Below are positions 18,696 to 28,060 of a stretch of 64,000 nucleotides of DNA, one piece after another. A program made the translations under genes and the position numbers. Below the pieces are notes generated by a model. That model worked only from the letters and a program-made list of their open reading frames with translations, made no database searches and had not been told where the DNA came from. Each line of letters starts with the position of its first letter. The first letter of the stretch is position 1. This DNA is from an uncultured Bacteroides sp. (GTDB lineage Bacteria; Bacteroidota; Bacteroidia; Bacteroidales; Bacteroidaceae), in the NCBI GenBank assembly GCA_944322355.1, contig CALUOT010000003.1, positions 1,549 to 65,548 of the forward strand, in the 5' to 3' direction.

Positions 18696-21600
18696 CTATT
18701 CTTTCTTCGTCAAGCTATCGGTGAATAGAAGCAGTCGGTTCATCACATTCACATCGCTAATACCACTATCAAAGTCAAGCGACAACAAGTGCATGTCAGG
18801 ATATAAGTTCTTGATGCGCTTTTCAATGCCTTTGGACACAATGTGGTTGGCAATGCAGCCGAAGGGTTGCAGGCTGATTACATGATGAACACCTCGTTGG
18901 GCTAACGAAAGGATTTCTCCCGGCAATAACCAGCCTTCACCGAATTGGGCATTCAGAGAAATCACCTGAGAAGCTTTCTCCGATTCTTCAAAAATGGGGT
19001 GGAAAGGCATGAAGTAACGGAATCCACTTCCGATGCAATTGAATTTCTCTACACGTTTCCATAGTTTGCCATACAGCCAATGGATTACCTTGTTCGGGAT
19101 TTGTTTCTTATCTAATCCGCTGTTTTTGGTCACTTCGTAGTTGACGAATTCTTGCACGAAAAATTCAGTGAGTAGGGGAGGTACGACTTCTATCTGTTGG
19201 CTTACCAGCCATTCACTGATATTCTTTTGGGCAAAGGGATTGAACTTCAAATAGATTTCTCCGACAATGCCGACTTGGGGGACTTCTTTTTCTTCGATGA
19301 TGTGGCTGAAATCCCGGACGGCCATGGCCAGATAATCTAATAAGTCATTCGGTGCATTTCGCTCGATGACGTTTTGGGCTGCTTCCAAATATCTGTCTTT
19401 GAGTTGGAGAGCTGCTCCTTTTTCTTTTTCGCGAACCGCAGCGGCATAGTATAACTTGGCTATGCAGTCGCTATATAGCAGGGCATTCAGCACAATGGGC
19501 AGAATTTTGAACCAATTGATTTTGAATCCCGGTTGGGTATTTTTCAACCGACTGCTGAAAGCCATGGATACCACCGGAACTTGTCCGAAGCCGGATTCGG
19601 TCAACGCTTTCTTGATGAGCGAAATGTAATTGGAAGCCCGACACTGGCCACCGGTTTGTGTGATGGCCACTGCTGTAGTTTGCGGGTCATATTTCCCTTC
19701 TTTGAAAGCTTTCACGATGTCGCCGACAATGAGGGTAGCCGGATAGCACACTTCATTATTGGCATAACGTAATCCCCAATCGCAGGAGATGGCATCACTG
19801 GCCGGTAGATTGTCCACATCATATCCTGCCACTTTCATGAGTGAAGGAATCAGGGGCGATATGAATGGGGTGAAGAATGGAGCAAGGATTTTTCGTTTCC
19901 GGTCTTCTACGCCGAATATCGGAGTTGTGGTGAAGGGTTGGATGCCGGCCTTTTCCGATGAGTGGGCAGAAAGCTTCAGACTTTCGATGGTGGAGCGTAC
20001 ACGGAGCTTTAGTGAACCGGTGTTGCTTACATCGTCTATCTTGAGTAACGTCAACGTTTTGCCGTAGCGTTTCAGCATGTTTCGGGTTTCGTCGGTGAGG
20101 AACGCATCCGGGCCGCAACCGAAAGACGTCATTTGCATGCATTGTACCAGTTTGCCTTGCATGGCTACCCATTTGGCCGCTTTCAAGATTCGGTTGGCAT
20201 AAGCCCATTGGGGAACGAAATGAGCATCATCAATCGGAATATCTTCATGGCGTACGATGTCGTCGGTAATGACATGAGCTCCCATAGCGGCAATGGTATC
20301 TGACAACTTGTGTTGTATCAGCGGGTCGGCATGATAAGGACGTCCGGCCAGTAGGATGGTCAGTTGTCCGTTGTCCGTACCTTGCTTTAGTACCTGTCTA
20401 TTGATGGTTATCATCTGTTTTTCGAAGTCATCCATGGCCTGTATCGCTTCCTCGAAAGCAATTTTGATGGTCGAGTCGTCGATGCCGAATGGGCGCAAGT
20501 ATTCCCGGCATGCTTTATACAGCAATCGGTTGTCTTTGAACGTAATGGCCGGTGAGTCGATGGGAATCCCTGTATTTTGTACGCTCTTGATGACCTCCGA
20601 ATAGCCGGATACAATGGGGCAGTTGTAACTGTTTTGCCCTCCTTCCAGCTTTTCGAATACGACAAAAGGCATGAAGATACGATCCACCTTCCGATCTATC
20701 AAGTTTTGTATATGGCTGTGCACCAGTTTGGCCGGGAAGCAGATGTTGTCGGACATGACCAGCTTTACTTGGGCTTCGTAATTACTGAAAGTAGACGGGG
20801 CAGACAAAACCACCTGGATACCTGCCCGGCTGAACAATGTGTGCCAGAAGGGGTACTCTTCGTACATGTTCAAGCAACGCGGGATTCCGATAACGGCCTT
20901 GGGCGATTCGACTGGTATTTTTCGGTCGAATAACAATTCCAGCTTTCGGGCATATACGTTGATGCCTTGAGTGCAATCAGTGCCTTTGTTGTTGAATATC
21001 TTTTCGCAACGATTGCCAGAATAATATCGGTTCCCATTTTCAAAACGATAGGTGGTAATCAAGCATTGGTTTTCGCAACCGTGACATTGTTGTTGGCGGG
21101 TGGTATAAGTAGCGCAGCTCAACACATCATCCAACGATAGGCTTGTTTCCATGAATCGGCGGGCATAGAGCGCACAACCGATGGCACCCATTAACTCAGG
21201 ATGGTTGCTTCGGAAGACTTCTTTCCCGATTAGTTTTTCAAAGGCGCGTACTACCGAATCGTTTTTCATTGTGCCTCCTTGCACGACAATGTGCGAACCC
21301 AGCTCTTCTGTATTTTTCAGACGAAGCACTTTATATAGACAATTCTTTACGACCGAGTAGGACAAGCCGGCGGCAATGTCAGGAATAGTCGCTCCCTCGC
21401 GCAGGGCTTGTTTTACTTTTGAATTCATAAAGACCGTGCAGCGTGTCCCCAAGTCATAAGGAGATTTTCCCCGGCAGGCTTCTTTTGCAAAGTCCTGGAC
21501 ACTGCTTCCCAGTGACTTGGCAAATGTCTCGAGGAACGACCCACACCCCGAGGAACAGGCTTCGTTGATCTCAATGCGGTTGACGACACCGCCAGACACG

Positions 21601-22907
21601 AACATGGCTTTCATGTCTTGTCCGCCGATGTCCAGAATGAAAGAAACGTCTTGTGTGACGTGACGTGCTGCTAAGTAATGGGCAATGGTTTCGATGATGC
21701 CGCCATTCAGGCGGAATGCGGCTTTAATCAGATCTTCCCCGTAGCCAGTAGAGCAACTTCCGGTGATGCGGATTTTTGTGCCTGCTTTTTGACACTGTTC
21801 GCGGAAGAGGTGTAAGCCGGTTTTTACGGTAGCTATCGGATTGCCGTTATTGGCATGATAATAACTATAGAGTAGTTCGTCTTGTTTGTTCAAGACGACT
21901 ATTTTTGTGGTAGTAGACCCGGAATCGATGCCTAATGTCACTTCTTCTATCCCTGTCTGCAATGCTTTTTGTCGAATGGGGCAGGACGAAATGCGTTCTT
22001 TCCATTGGGCATATTCTGCTTCATCCTTGAATATGGGTTCCAAACTTTTCGCCGGGTGATAGCTGGCGGAGAGGTAAGTTTGGATAGAATCAATCAAAGT
22101 CGATAATTCTGTGGCTTGTGCCTTATGGGCGGACAAGGCAGCACCCCATGCAGGGATCAGGTGACTATGCTCCGGTACAACAATATCCGCCGGTGACAAA
22201 TGAAGATAGTTGATGAAAGCTTTCCGCAGGGCGGGAAGGAAAGTGAGTGGCCCTCCGCAAAACAATACGGGAGCCGTGATGTCGCATCCATGGGCCAAAG
22301 TCACAATAACTTGTACGGCTACGGCATGAAAGACTGAAGCAGCTATGTCTTCCCGGCTGACATTTTTGGCTATCAGGTTTTGGATGTCCGTTTTACTGAA
22401 TACACCACATCGTGAGGCAATGGAGTAAACGTGCTTAGCTTTTAGAGCCAGTTCATTCAATTGCTCGGTAGGTACATTGAGCAAGATGGCCATCTGGTCG
22501 ATAAAAGCACCTGTGCCTCCTGCACAATTGCCGTTCATGCGCAGGTCGGTCGATTCTCCGTCGCGGAAGAATACCACCTTGGCATCTTCCCCACCGATGT
22601 CTATCAGAGTAGAAATTTCCCGGTGTGTTTGGCGGATATAATGGGTGGCTGCTACGACTTCTTGCACAAAAGGCAAGCCACATCGTTCGGCAATACCCAT
22701 ACCTACAGATCCAGTCAGGTGAAGTCTAAGAAAGACATCTCCCGTTTGTGCCTGTACGGCTGATAGCATGTCGTGCAATTTTTCTTTTATCTTGGCGTTA
22801 TGGCGCTCATAACGTGAAAAAACAATTTGGTTATCTTCATTCAGAACTACTGCTTTAATGGTAGTAGAACCGATGTCCAGTCCCATTTTATAAGTTTGCT
22901 TCATCAT
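18696..22907 (-). CDS. 2-hydroxyacyl-CoA dehydratase activase-related fusion (two ASKHA ATPase modules + DUF2229/dehydratase-like domains)
   Basis: GLDIGSTT/IDIGGED/MNGNCAGGTG/CGVF and GIDSGSTT/LDIGGQD/NEACSSGCG/CTVF; later CFPAK, SFGCGPD, CYPA, GGQCRASNY, QPFGC. Confidence 0.9.
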   Translation of the reverse strand: MMKQTYKMGLDIGSTTIKAVVLNEDNQIVFSRYERHNAKIKEKLHDMLSAVQAQTGDVFLRLHLTGSVGMGIAERCGLPFVQEVVAATHYIRQTHREISTLIDIGGEDAKVVFFRDGESTDLRMNGNCAGGTGAFIDQMAILLNVPTEQLNELALKAKHVYSIASRCGVFSKTDIQNLIAKNVSREDIAASVFHAVAVQVIVTLAHGCDITAPVLFCGGPLTFLPALRKAFINYLHLSPADIVVPEHSHLIPAWGAALSAHKAQATELSTLIDSIQTYLSASYHPAKSLEPIFKDEAEYAQWKERISSCPIRQKALQTGIEEVTLGIDSGSTTTKIVVLNKQDELLYSYYHANNGNPIATVKTGLHLFREQCQKAGTKIRITGSCSTGYGEDLIKAAFRLNGGIIETIAHYLAARHVTQDVSFILDIGGQDMKAMFVSGGVVNRIEINEACSSGCGSFLETFAKSLGSSVQDFAKEACRGKSPYDLGTRCTVFMNSKVKQALREGATIPDIAAGLSYSVVKNCLYKVLRLKNTEELGSHIVVQGGTMKNDSVVRAFEKLIGKEVFRSNHPELMGAIGCALYARRFMETSLSLDDVLSCATYTTRQQQCHGCENQCLITTYRFENGNRYYSGNRCEKIFNNKGTDCTQGINVYARKLELLFDRKIPVESPKAVIGIPRCLNMYEEYPFWHTLFSRAGIQVVLSAPSTFSNYEAQVKLVMSDNICFPAKLVHSHIQNLIDRKVDRIFMPFVVFEKLEGGQNSYNCPIVSGYSEVIKSVQNTGIPIDSPAITFKDNRLLYKACREYLRPFGIDDSTIKIAFEEAIQAMDDFEKQMITINRQVLKQGTDNGQLTILLAGRPYHADPLIQHKLSDTIAAMGAHVITDDIVRHEDIPIDDAHFVPQWAYANRILKAAKWVAMQGKLVQCMQMTSFGCGPDAFLTDETRNMLKRYGKTLTLLKIDDVSNTGSLKLRVRSTIESLKLSAHSSEKAGIQPFTTTPIFGVEDRKRKILAPFFTPFISPLIPSLMKVAGYDVDNLPASDAISCDWGLRYANNEVCYPATLIVGDIVKAFKEGKYDPQTTAVAITQTGGQCRASNYISLIKKALTESGFGQVPVVSMAFSSRLKNTQPGFKINWFKILPIVLNALLYSDCIAKLYYAAAVREKEKGAALQLKDRYLEAAQNVIERNAPNDLLDYLAMAVRDFSHIIEEKEVPQVGIVGEIYLKFNPFAQKNISEWLVSQQIEVVPPLLTEFFVQEFVNYEVTKNSGLDKKQIPNKVIHWLYGKLWKRVEKFNCIGSGFRYFMPFHPIFEESEKASQVISLNAQFGEGWLLPGEILSLAQRGVHHVISLQPFGCIANHIVSKGIEKRIKNLYPDMHLLSLDFDSGISDVNVMNRLLLFTDSLTKKE

Positions 22908-23093
22908 TCAATCTTTCATTCTGTCGGCAAAATTAGAACAAAACAATCACTGGTGCAAGCATAATTTTATGGAAAATGTGTGCAATTCCAACGATGTACG
23001 TAAAGATTCTGTCTTTTAAATCTGTATTTGCGGGTTTTCGGACAAAAAATTCTATCTTTGTCTCCATGTTTTATAAAGTAAGGAGGAATTTGT

Positions 23094-23657
23094 ATGAGAA
23101 AGAATTTTGGAGCAAAACCATGGACTTATCCTCAACCTGTATTTATTGTGGCTACGTATGATGAACAAGGTAATCCGGACGCCATGAACGCTGCATGGGG
23201 TGGCATTGATTATGACGACCAGATAAACCTCTGTCTAAGTGCCGGACACAAGACGGTGAAAAATCTGTTGGAAACAAAGTCATTCACCGTGAGTATGGCA
23301 ACGGCTGACCAATTGGTGGCATGCGACTATGTGGGCATTGTGTCAGGGAATGATGTACTTGACAAATTTGCACGGGCAGGTTTCCATGCCGTGAAGTCTG
23401 AATTTGTTCATGCTCCTATCATAGAGGAACTGCCCATGACGTTGGAGTGTGAACTTATTTCGTACGATCCGGAGATGTGTCATTTGGTGGGTAAGATTGT
23501 GAATGTATCGGCTGACGAGCGGATATTGGACGAGCAAGGGAAGATAGACCCGGTTAAATTGCGTCCCATAACATTCGACCCTGTACACAATGGCTATTGG
23601 GTGCTGGGTGAACGGGTTGGTAATGCTTTCAAGGACGGAGTAGCGTTGAAGAAATGA
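23094..23657 (+). CDS. Flavin reductase (flavoredoxin-like) family protein
   Basis: YPQPVFIVATYD, DAMNAAWGG, CDYVGIVSG, APIIEELPMTLEC; -7 TATCTTTG at 23053-23060. Confidence 0.88.
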   Translation: MRKNFGAKPWTYPQPVFIVATYDEQGNPDAMNAAWGGIDYDDQINLCLSAGHKTVKNLLETKSFTVSMATADQLVACDYVGIVSGNDVLDKFARAGFHAVKSEFVHAPIIEELPMTLECELISYDPEMCHLVGKIVNVSADERILDEQGKIDPVKLRPITFDPVHNGYWVLGERVGNAFKDGVALKK

Positions 23658-24358
23658 GACCGGAAGCAGATACCATACGGAGTGCAATGGACATGGAGCG
23701 GCAGGTGCTGGAATTCGGCTTTCTGCCGTTCTTCCGTTGTGGCATTCCCGGTTTCTCTGTCGAGGAACGTACGGCGGCGGAATACTGGTTCTCCGATGAA
23801 GAGGAAGGACCGTGGGAATGGAAAGGACCGGTCATTCGCGAGGGGCATTGTGCCTATGGGAAGATGTTCAATAAAAAAGCGGGATATGTCAGCTTGGAAT
23901 GGTTGCCCGATTGGTTGAATTATCGCCGTTCTTGCCGGTATGCCAAGGATGAAGATACGGCAGCCTTGGACGATGTGGTACTCCAGACGATTATCAGCGA
24001 GGGAAGTGTGACGGTGAAGGAGTTGCGTCATTTGCTTGGATTTATCAGAGGGAGGGGGAAGCGTACGGCTACCGATTATGTAGACAGCTTGCCGGGTGAG
24101 GGAAAGGTCTCGCTCGAACCTATTCTGACACGGTTGATGATGGGGCTTCAGGTGGTCATTGCCGACTTTGAGTATAATATCGACCGGCATGGGCAACCCT
24201 ATGGTTGGGGGGTGGCCCGTTATACTACACCGGAGGGGTTGTATGGCAGACTGGATGCCGGATGCTCACCGGAGGTCTCGTTCCGAAAGCTCTATACCCA
24301 TTTCCGGCAGTTGTTCCCCGAAGCGTCGGAGAAGAGTATCCGGACGTTGATAGGGTAG
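23654..24358 (+). CDS. AlkZ-related winged-helix protein
   Basis: GFLPFF...GFSVEE, PWEWK, AYGKMFNKKAGYVS, GQPYGWGVARYTTPE; ATGA overlap with the flavin reductase gene. Confidence 0.7.
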   Translation: MRPEADTIRSAMDMERQVLEFGFLPFFRCGIPGFSVEERTAAEYWFSDEEEGPWEWKGPVIREGHCAYGKMFNKKAGYVSLEWLPDWLNYRRSCRYAKDEDTAALDDVVLQTIISEGSVTVKELRHLLGFIRGRGKRTATDYVDSLPGEGKVSLEPILTRLMMGLQVVIADFEYNIDRHGQPYGWGVARYTTPEGLYGRLDAGCSPEVSFRKLYTHFRQLFPEASEKSIRTLIG

Positions 24359-24361
24359 GAG

Positions 24362-25249
24362 TTACCCTTTCTTCATCTCTCGATACTCACTGGGTGACAT
24401 TCCCATCAGCTTAGTAAACAAACGTGAGAAGTAATAGGCATCATCCATGCCTACCTTATAACAAATCTGGTTGATTTTCATATCCGTAGTATCCAGCATA
24501 AGGCACGCCTCTTGTATTTTCAGCAGGTTGAAATAAGCTAGTGGTGCATATCCCGTTTGCTTTTTGAAAAGTGTGGAGAAATGTGAAGACGAATAGCCTG
24601 CCTTCTCAGCCAAGTCATTCAAGACAAGATGCTTCTCCAGATTTTCTTTCATAAAATGAATGGACTCGTTCACCATGTTTCCATCTGCCACTTTATTTGT
24701 ATTCGCATTCCGGTACGAATGGATATATCGTAGCGAGCCAAGGTAATAATGGAAGAGTGAGGATACATAGCGGAGGTTCTCAATGCTGAATCCCGATTGT
24801 AACGTATTGAACATTTCCTCAAATAAATGGATACGGTAACTGATGCGTGATTGCTTTCCCGGGAAAACATCCATCGGATGCAAAACGCCTTCTGCATAAC
24901 AAGAGGATGAGGTGCCTTTGAAATGAATCCAGTAAATCGTCCAAGGGTTAGCTTTATCGGACGCGTATGCATGTGGAATGCCGGAAGGGAGTATGAAATA
25001 CTGGTTTTCCACTACAGTATATTCTTGTCCGCCTGTTCGATACCAGCCTTTTCCGTCCACACAATAAATAAACACATACTGATTAATAGGCTCTTTCCGT
25101 TCACGGAAATGATAGTGCGCTTTCGGATAATAGCCTATATCTGTAATGTGAAGCATGGAAAGAAGCGGGTCCTCTTCCATCATCTTAACAGTCATCTGCG
25201 GAAGCACTAATGCTCGTTCGCCGCTGAATCCGTCTTTTAGTCGTATCAT
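24362..25249 (-). CDS. AraC family transcriptional regulator (cupin + double HTH)
   Basis: ITDIGYYP, PHAY..D..NPWTIYWIHF, DAYYFSRLF.K.MGMSPSEYR; start MIRLKDG at 25249; -7 TACTTTTG at 25351-25358 (-). Confidence 0.93.
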   Translation of the reverse strand: MIRLKDGFSGERALVLPQMTVKMMEEDPLLSMLHITDIGYYPKAHYHFRERKEPINQYVFIYCVDGKGWYRTGGQEYTVVENQYFILPSGIPHAYASDKANPWTIYWIHFKGTSSSCYAEGVLHPMDVFPGKQSRISYRIHLFEEMFNTLQSGFSIENLRYVSSLFHYYLGSLRYIHSYRNANTNKVADGNMVNESIHFMKENLEKHLVLNDLAEKAGYSSSHFSTLFKKQTGYAPLAYFNLLKIQEACLMLDTTDMKINQICYKVGMDDAYYFSRLFTKLMGMSPSEYREMKKG

Positions 25250-25411
25250 AGTTTTGCGTCTCTTAAGGTTTAATAATCTGACTTTAGGATAAGTTTCTTT
25301 TATAAAAAGGAGTAGTACCTTTTCATGAAAAACAAATCCTAAAGCCACCACAAAAGTACGAAATTGTTTTGGATAAGTATCCTATTCTTTCGTTTTTAAG
25401 TCTGGAAAGTT

Positions 25412-27838
25412 TCAATGATTCTCTATCATTTCATTCCACAAATATACGGCCGGTACTTTATAAAATGATAATCCTTTACCAAACCAATTTAATCCTTTAC
25501 CTAATAATCCGCTTTCCGTATTATCAGTAAATGTAACTTCCACCTCATGTGCATGCTGCAAGTTGAAATGTACACGTGTTACCAACGTATCTGCCGGAGT
25601 TACAATAATCTTTTCTCCTTTCAATTCAGCAACACAATTCCATGTGCGCATGCTGCCATCTACACGTTCTATCACAAAAGCGTTGGGAATGAACATTTCT
25701 GCCAAAAAGCGGAAATGTTCATGAACATCGTTATCGCACGACCATCCGCGTTCTTTATTCCATACCACCTTATTTTCAGGCACACGCCACCAGTCACTTA
25801 TCATGGGTAACCATTGTTCGCCTATTACTTCATTAACGTATTTCCCTTCTCCGCCTTTTCTATAATCCTGAACAAACCGTTGGATTTTTACATACGGATC
25901 TGGCACAAAAGCCCATCTTAATTCACCTGTCATCAAGTCAATAGCTTGCGAACAACTTGCCATAGCATTAAAAGCTAAATTTAAATAATATTCATCGCCT
26001 GTAAGCAAATACAGATACATGGCTCCGAATTGCGATCTCATGGTCCATCCGTGAGGGGAATTCATCATGTTCCGGTTGATAAGCACGTCATATTGTGCTT
26101 CCCACCACCGCAAGGTTCCTCCACGCATCCGTGAGTCCGGAACAAGGGCTTGTGTAAGACATTCATGACGTTTTTGTACTTCCAAGCTTGCGTTCAGGAA
26201 ATGCGCCGTTTCATTATCGTCGCAGGCAGTCAGGGCATGCATGGCTAGCAAGCTCCATGCTGATCCCGCCTGTGTATCTTCGTAAGTCGCTTCGCCCTCG
26301 GTATCTCCCATGTCTTTCACTTCCAATATGTTGCGGGAAGCTGCCTCTACCGACCTCCGATGCTTTTCATAACGAGTCTTCCAGTATGTACTCTTCTTTG
26401 CCAATGGACTTTCAAACCACATTAGCTCTTGAATGAACTTAGCACCCATGGTCAACGCTGTATATCCCTTATACGCTCCATTAGGCAATTGAAAATCATC
26501 AATCAGCCGGTCTGCCCAATCAGCTGCAAGTTCCAAATGTTCTTGCTTTTGGGTAGCAGCATAACGGGCTATGAGGACACCAACCATCCACGATGTGTTT
26601 TGCGGACGTGAATGCCACGTTGACTTATTCGTATAATAAAACCCGGTCTTGGGGTCTATCATCACATTCCAAAACTGCTCAAAATTTCTTTCGGTTTGTT
26701 CCAGCATGTGTTGATTGGGGAAATACACCTGAGACCAATAAGCGCTGAAAAATCCCATCCAAGCCTCACGATGTGCTGCAGTTTTCTGTTCCATACGCAT
26801 CGCTTCCCTTCCTGCCTGCTGCAAATACCATCCCCACGGCTTACGTACATAAAGACTTGCTTCTGCACAATAGCCACCTGCCTCAGCCTGTATCTTATAA
26901 GTACCGGCGGTTTGGGGAGCCTTTAGCTCACAATGATAATCCGTGTCACTCTCATGACTCAACTGTATGTTCTCCTGTTGCCCGTCAGGAGCGATTATCG
27001 TAAGCTTTGGCGTTTCATCAGCTTGAGAAACAACGCGAATGTCAACCGTTTCTCCGACTGAGGCTGTAGTACGTTCCATATCAATTACCGGAATCGATAT
27101 GGATTCAGCCATTGCTTTGGGGATTTCTCCAATATCAGTCAATGGTAGCAGGACAAGTTTCCAAGTCTTAGTTTCATAAGGAGCCATATAAAATAAATCT
27201 TGTGGATGGCGTGGAGGCAAAGGCAATTCATGCAATAAATCAAGGCTTGCCGAAGCGATTCGATGACCATTACCTATGTAATTAAGGTGCCACGACGCTA
27301 TTGGGTCAGGAGAGGCTATACCTAACACGTGTCCGTCGGGGGCCTCGAAATATCCCCACAAATGGGTCTTTTCACATCGCAGCATTGTAGGGAAAAAGAC
27401 TGAAAAGTATTCATCCGGATTCGCCATGACCGTATTTATTCCCAAGCACAGGGAAGCCTTATCACTTGCATACTGCGGAACGCCGCTATTGTTTGTCAAT
27501 GACAATTGCAGAGTGAACATGCCGTTTTCTTCGGCATAGCGGATGGCATACGACATGGGATAAACTTCCCTGCTGGCATAAGTAAAGGCTTCTTTCTTGT
27601 GAAGCGATGTTCCGCTAAACGAAGGACCGGCATACTCGCCCGACGCATGCCAAGGTATTGAAACCAACTTGTCTCCGCCAAAATTCATTTTCAGTGATTG
27701 TATCATTCCCTTATTGGAAATCTCTGCCTCCCAGTCTCCGTTTGACGAGCGAAGAACCTCTTGTGCACGGAGTGAATGTAAGCATCCGGCTAATAATAGA
27801 GATAAAATAATAATCTTTGCATTCATTTTGGAATTCAT
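25412..27838 (-). CDS. Secreted 808-aa hypothetical protein, possible (alpha/alpha)6 glycoside hydrolase
   Basis: Signal peptide ending LRA-Q; beta-rich N-terminal half, helical Trp/Glu/Asp-rich C-terminal half; lies in a sugar locus. Family not recognised. Confidence 0.8.
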   Translation of the reverse strand: MNSKMNAKIIILSLLLAGCLHSLRAQEVLRSSNGDWEAEISNKGMIQSLKMNFGGDKLVSIPWHASGEYAGPSFSGTSLHKKEAFTYASREVYPMSYAIRYAEENGMFTLQLSLTNNSGVPQYASDKASLCLGINTVMANPDEYFSVFFPTMLRCEKTHLWGYFEAPDGHVLGIASPDPIASWHLNYIGNGHRIASASLDLLHELPLPPRHPQDLFYMAPYETKTWKLVLLPLTDIGEIPKAMAESISIPVIDMERTTASVGETVDIRVVSQADETPKLTIIAPDGQQENIQLSHESDTDYHCELKAPQTAGTYKIQAEAGGYCAEASLYVRKPWGWYLQQAGREAMRMEQKTAAHREAWMGFFSAYWSQVYFPNQHMLEQTERNFEQFWNVMIDPKTGFYYTNKSTWHSRPQNTSWMVGVLIARYAATQKQEHLELAADWADRLIDDFQLPNGAYKGYTALTMGAKFIQELMWFESPLAKKSTYWKTRYEKHRRSVEAASRNILEVKDMGDTEGEATYEDTQAGSAWSLLAMHALTACDDNETAHFLNASLEVQKRHECLTQALVPDSRMRGGTLRWWEAQYDVLINRNMMNSPHGWTMRSQFGAMYLYLLTGDEYYLNLAFNAMASCSQAIDLMTGELRWAFVPDPYVKIQRFVQDYRKGGEGKYVNEVIGEQWLPMISDWWRVPENKVVWNKERGWSCDNDVHEHFRFLAEMFIPNAFVIERVDGSMRTWNCVAELKGEKIIVTPADTLVTRVHFNLQHAHEVEVTFTDNTESGLLGKGLNWFGKGLSFYKVPAVYLWNEMIENH

Positions 27839-27854
27839 TATGTGTTTACGGGTG

Positions 27855-27919
27855 CAAAAGTACAGACAGTCTGGTATATAGGAAATGGACTGAATTAAAA
27901 AGAGAATGGACTATCTTAC
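27855..27919 (-). promoter_or_regulatory. Promoter of the 808-aa gene with tandem activator half-sites
   Basis: Minus strand reads GTAAGATAGTCCATTC-N13-GTCCATT-N21-TACTTTTG. Confidence 0.75.
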
Positions 27920-27952
27920 TAAATTTAAGTAGCTGCTTATAGTTACTTTATC

Positions 27953-28017
27953 GTAAGATTGTCCATTCCCTTTGGTTGATTCTCCATTTCTCATTTTATG
28001 CATTCTGTCTACCTTTG
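27953..28017 (+). promoter_or_regulatory. Promoter of the MFS-yphG-GH2-GH35 operon with tandem activator half-sites
   Basis: GTAAGATTGTCCATTC-N13-CTCCATT-N21-TACCTTTG; same geometry as the divergent promoter. Confidence 0.75.
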
Positions 28018-28060
28018 CAAGCGACAAAGGAACATTAACTTTTTTGATCTATATCGCAAC

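Noticed and set aside
27904-27968. Invertible (phase-variable) promoter bounded by 16-bp inverted repeats
   Set aside because: The 33 bp between the repeats has no -7 element, both promoters lie outside, and no recombinase is nearby; activator sites fit better.
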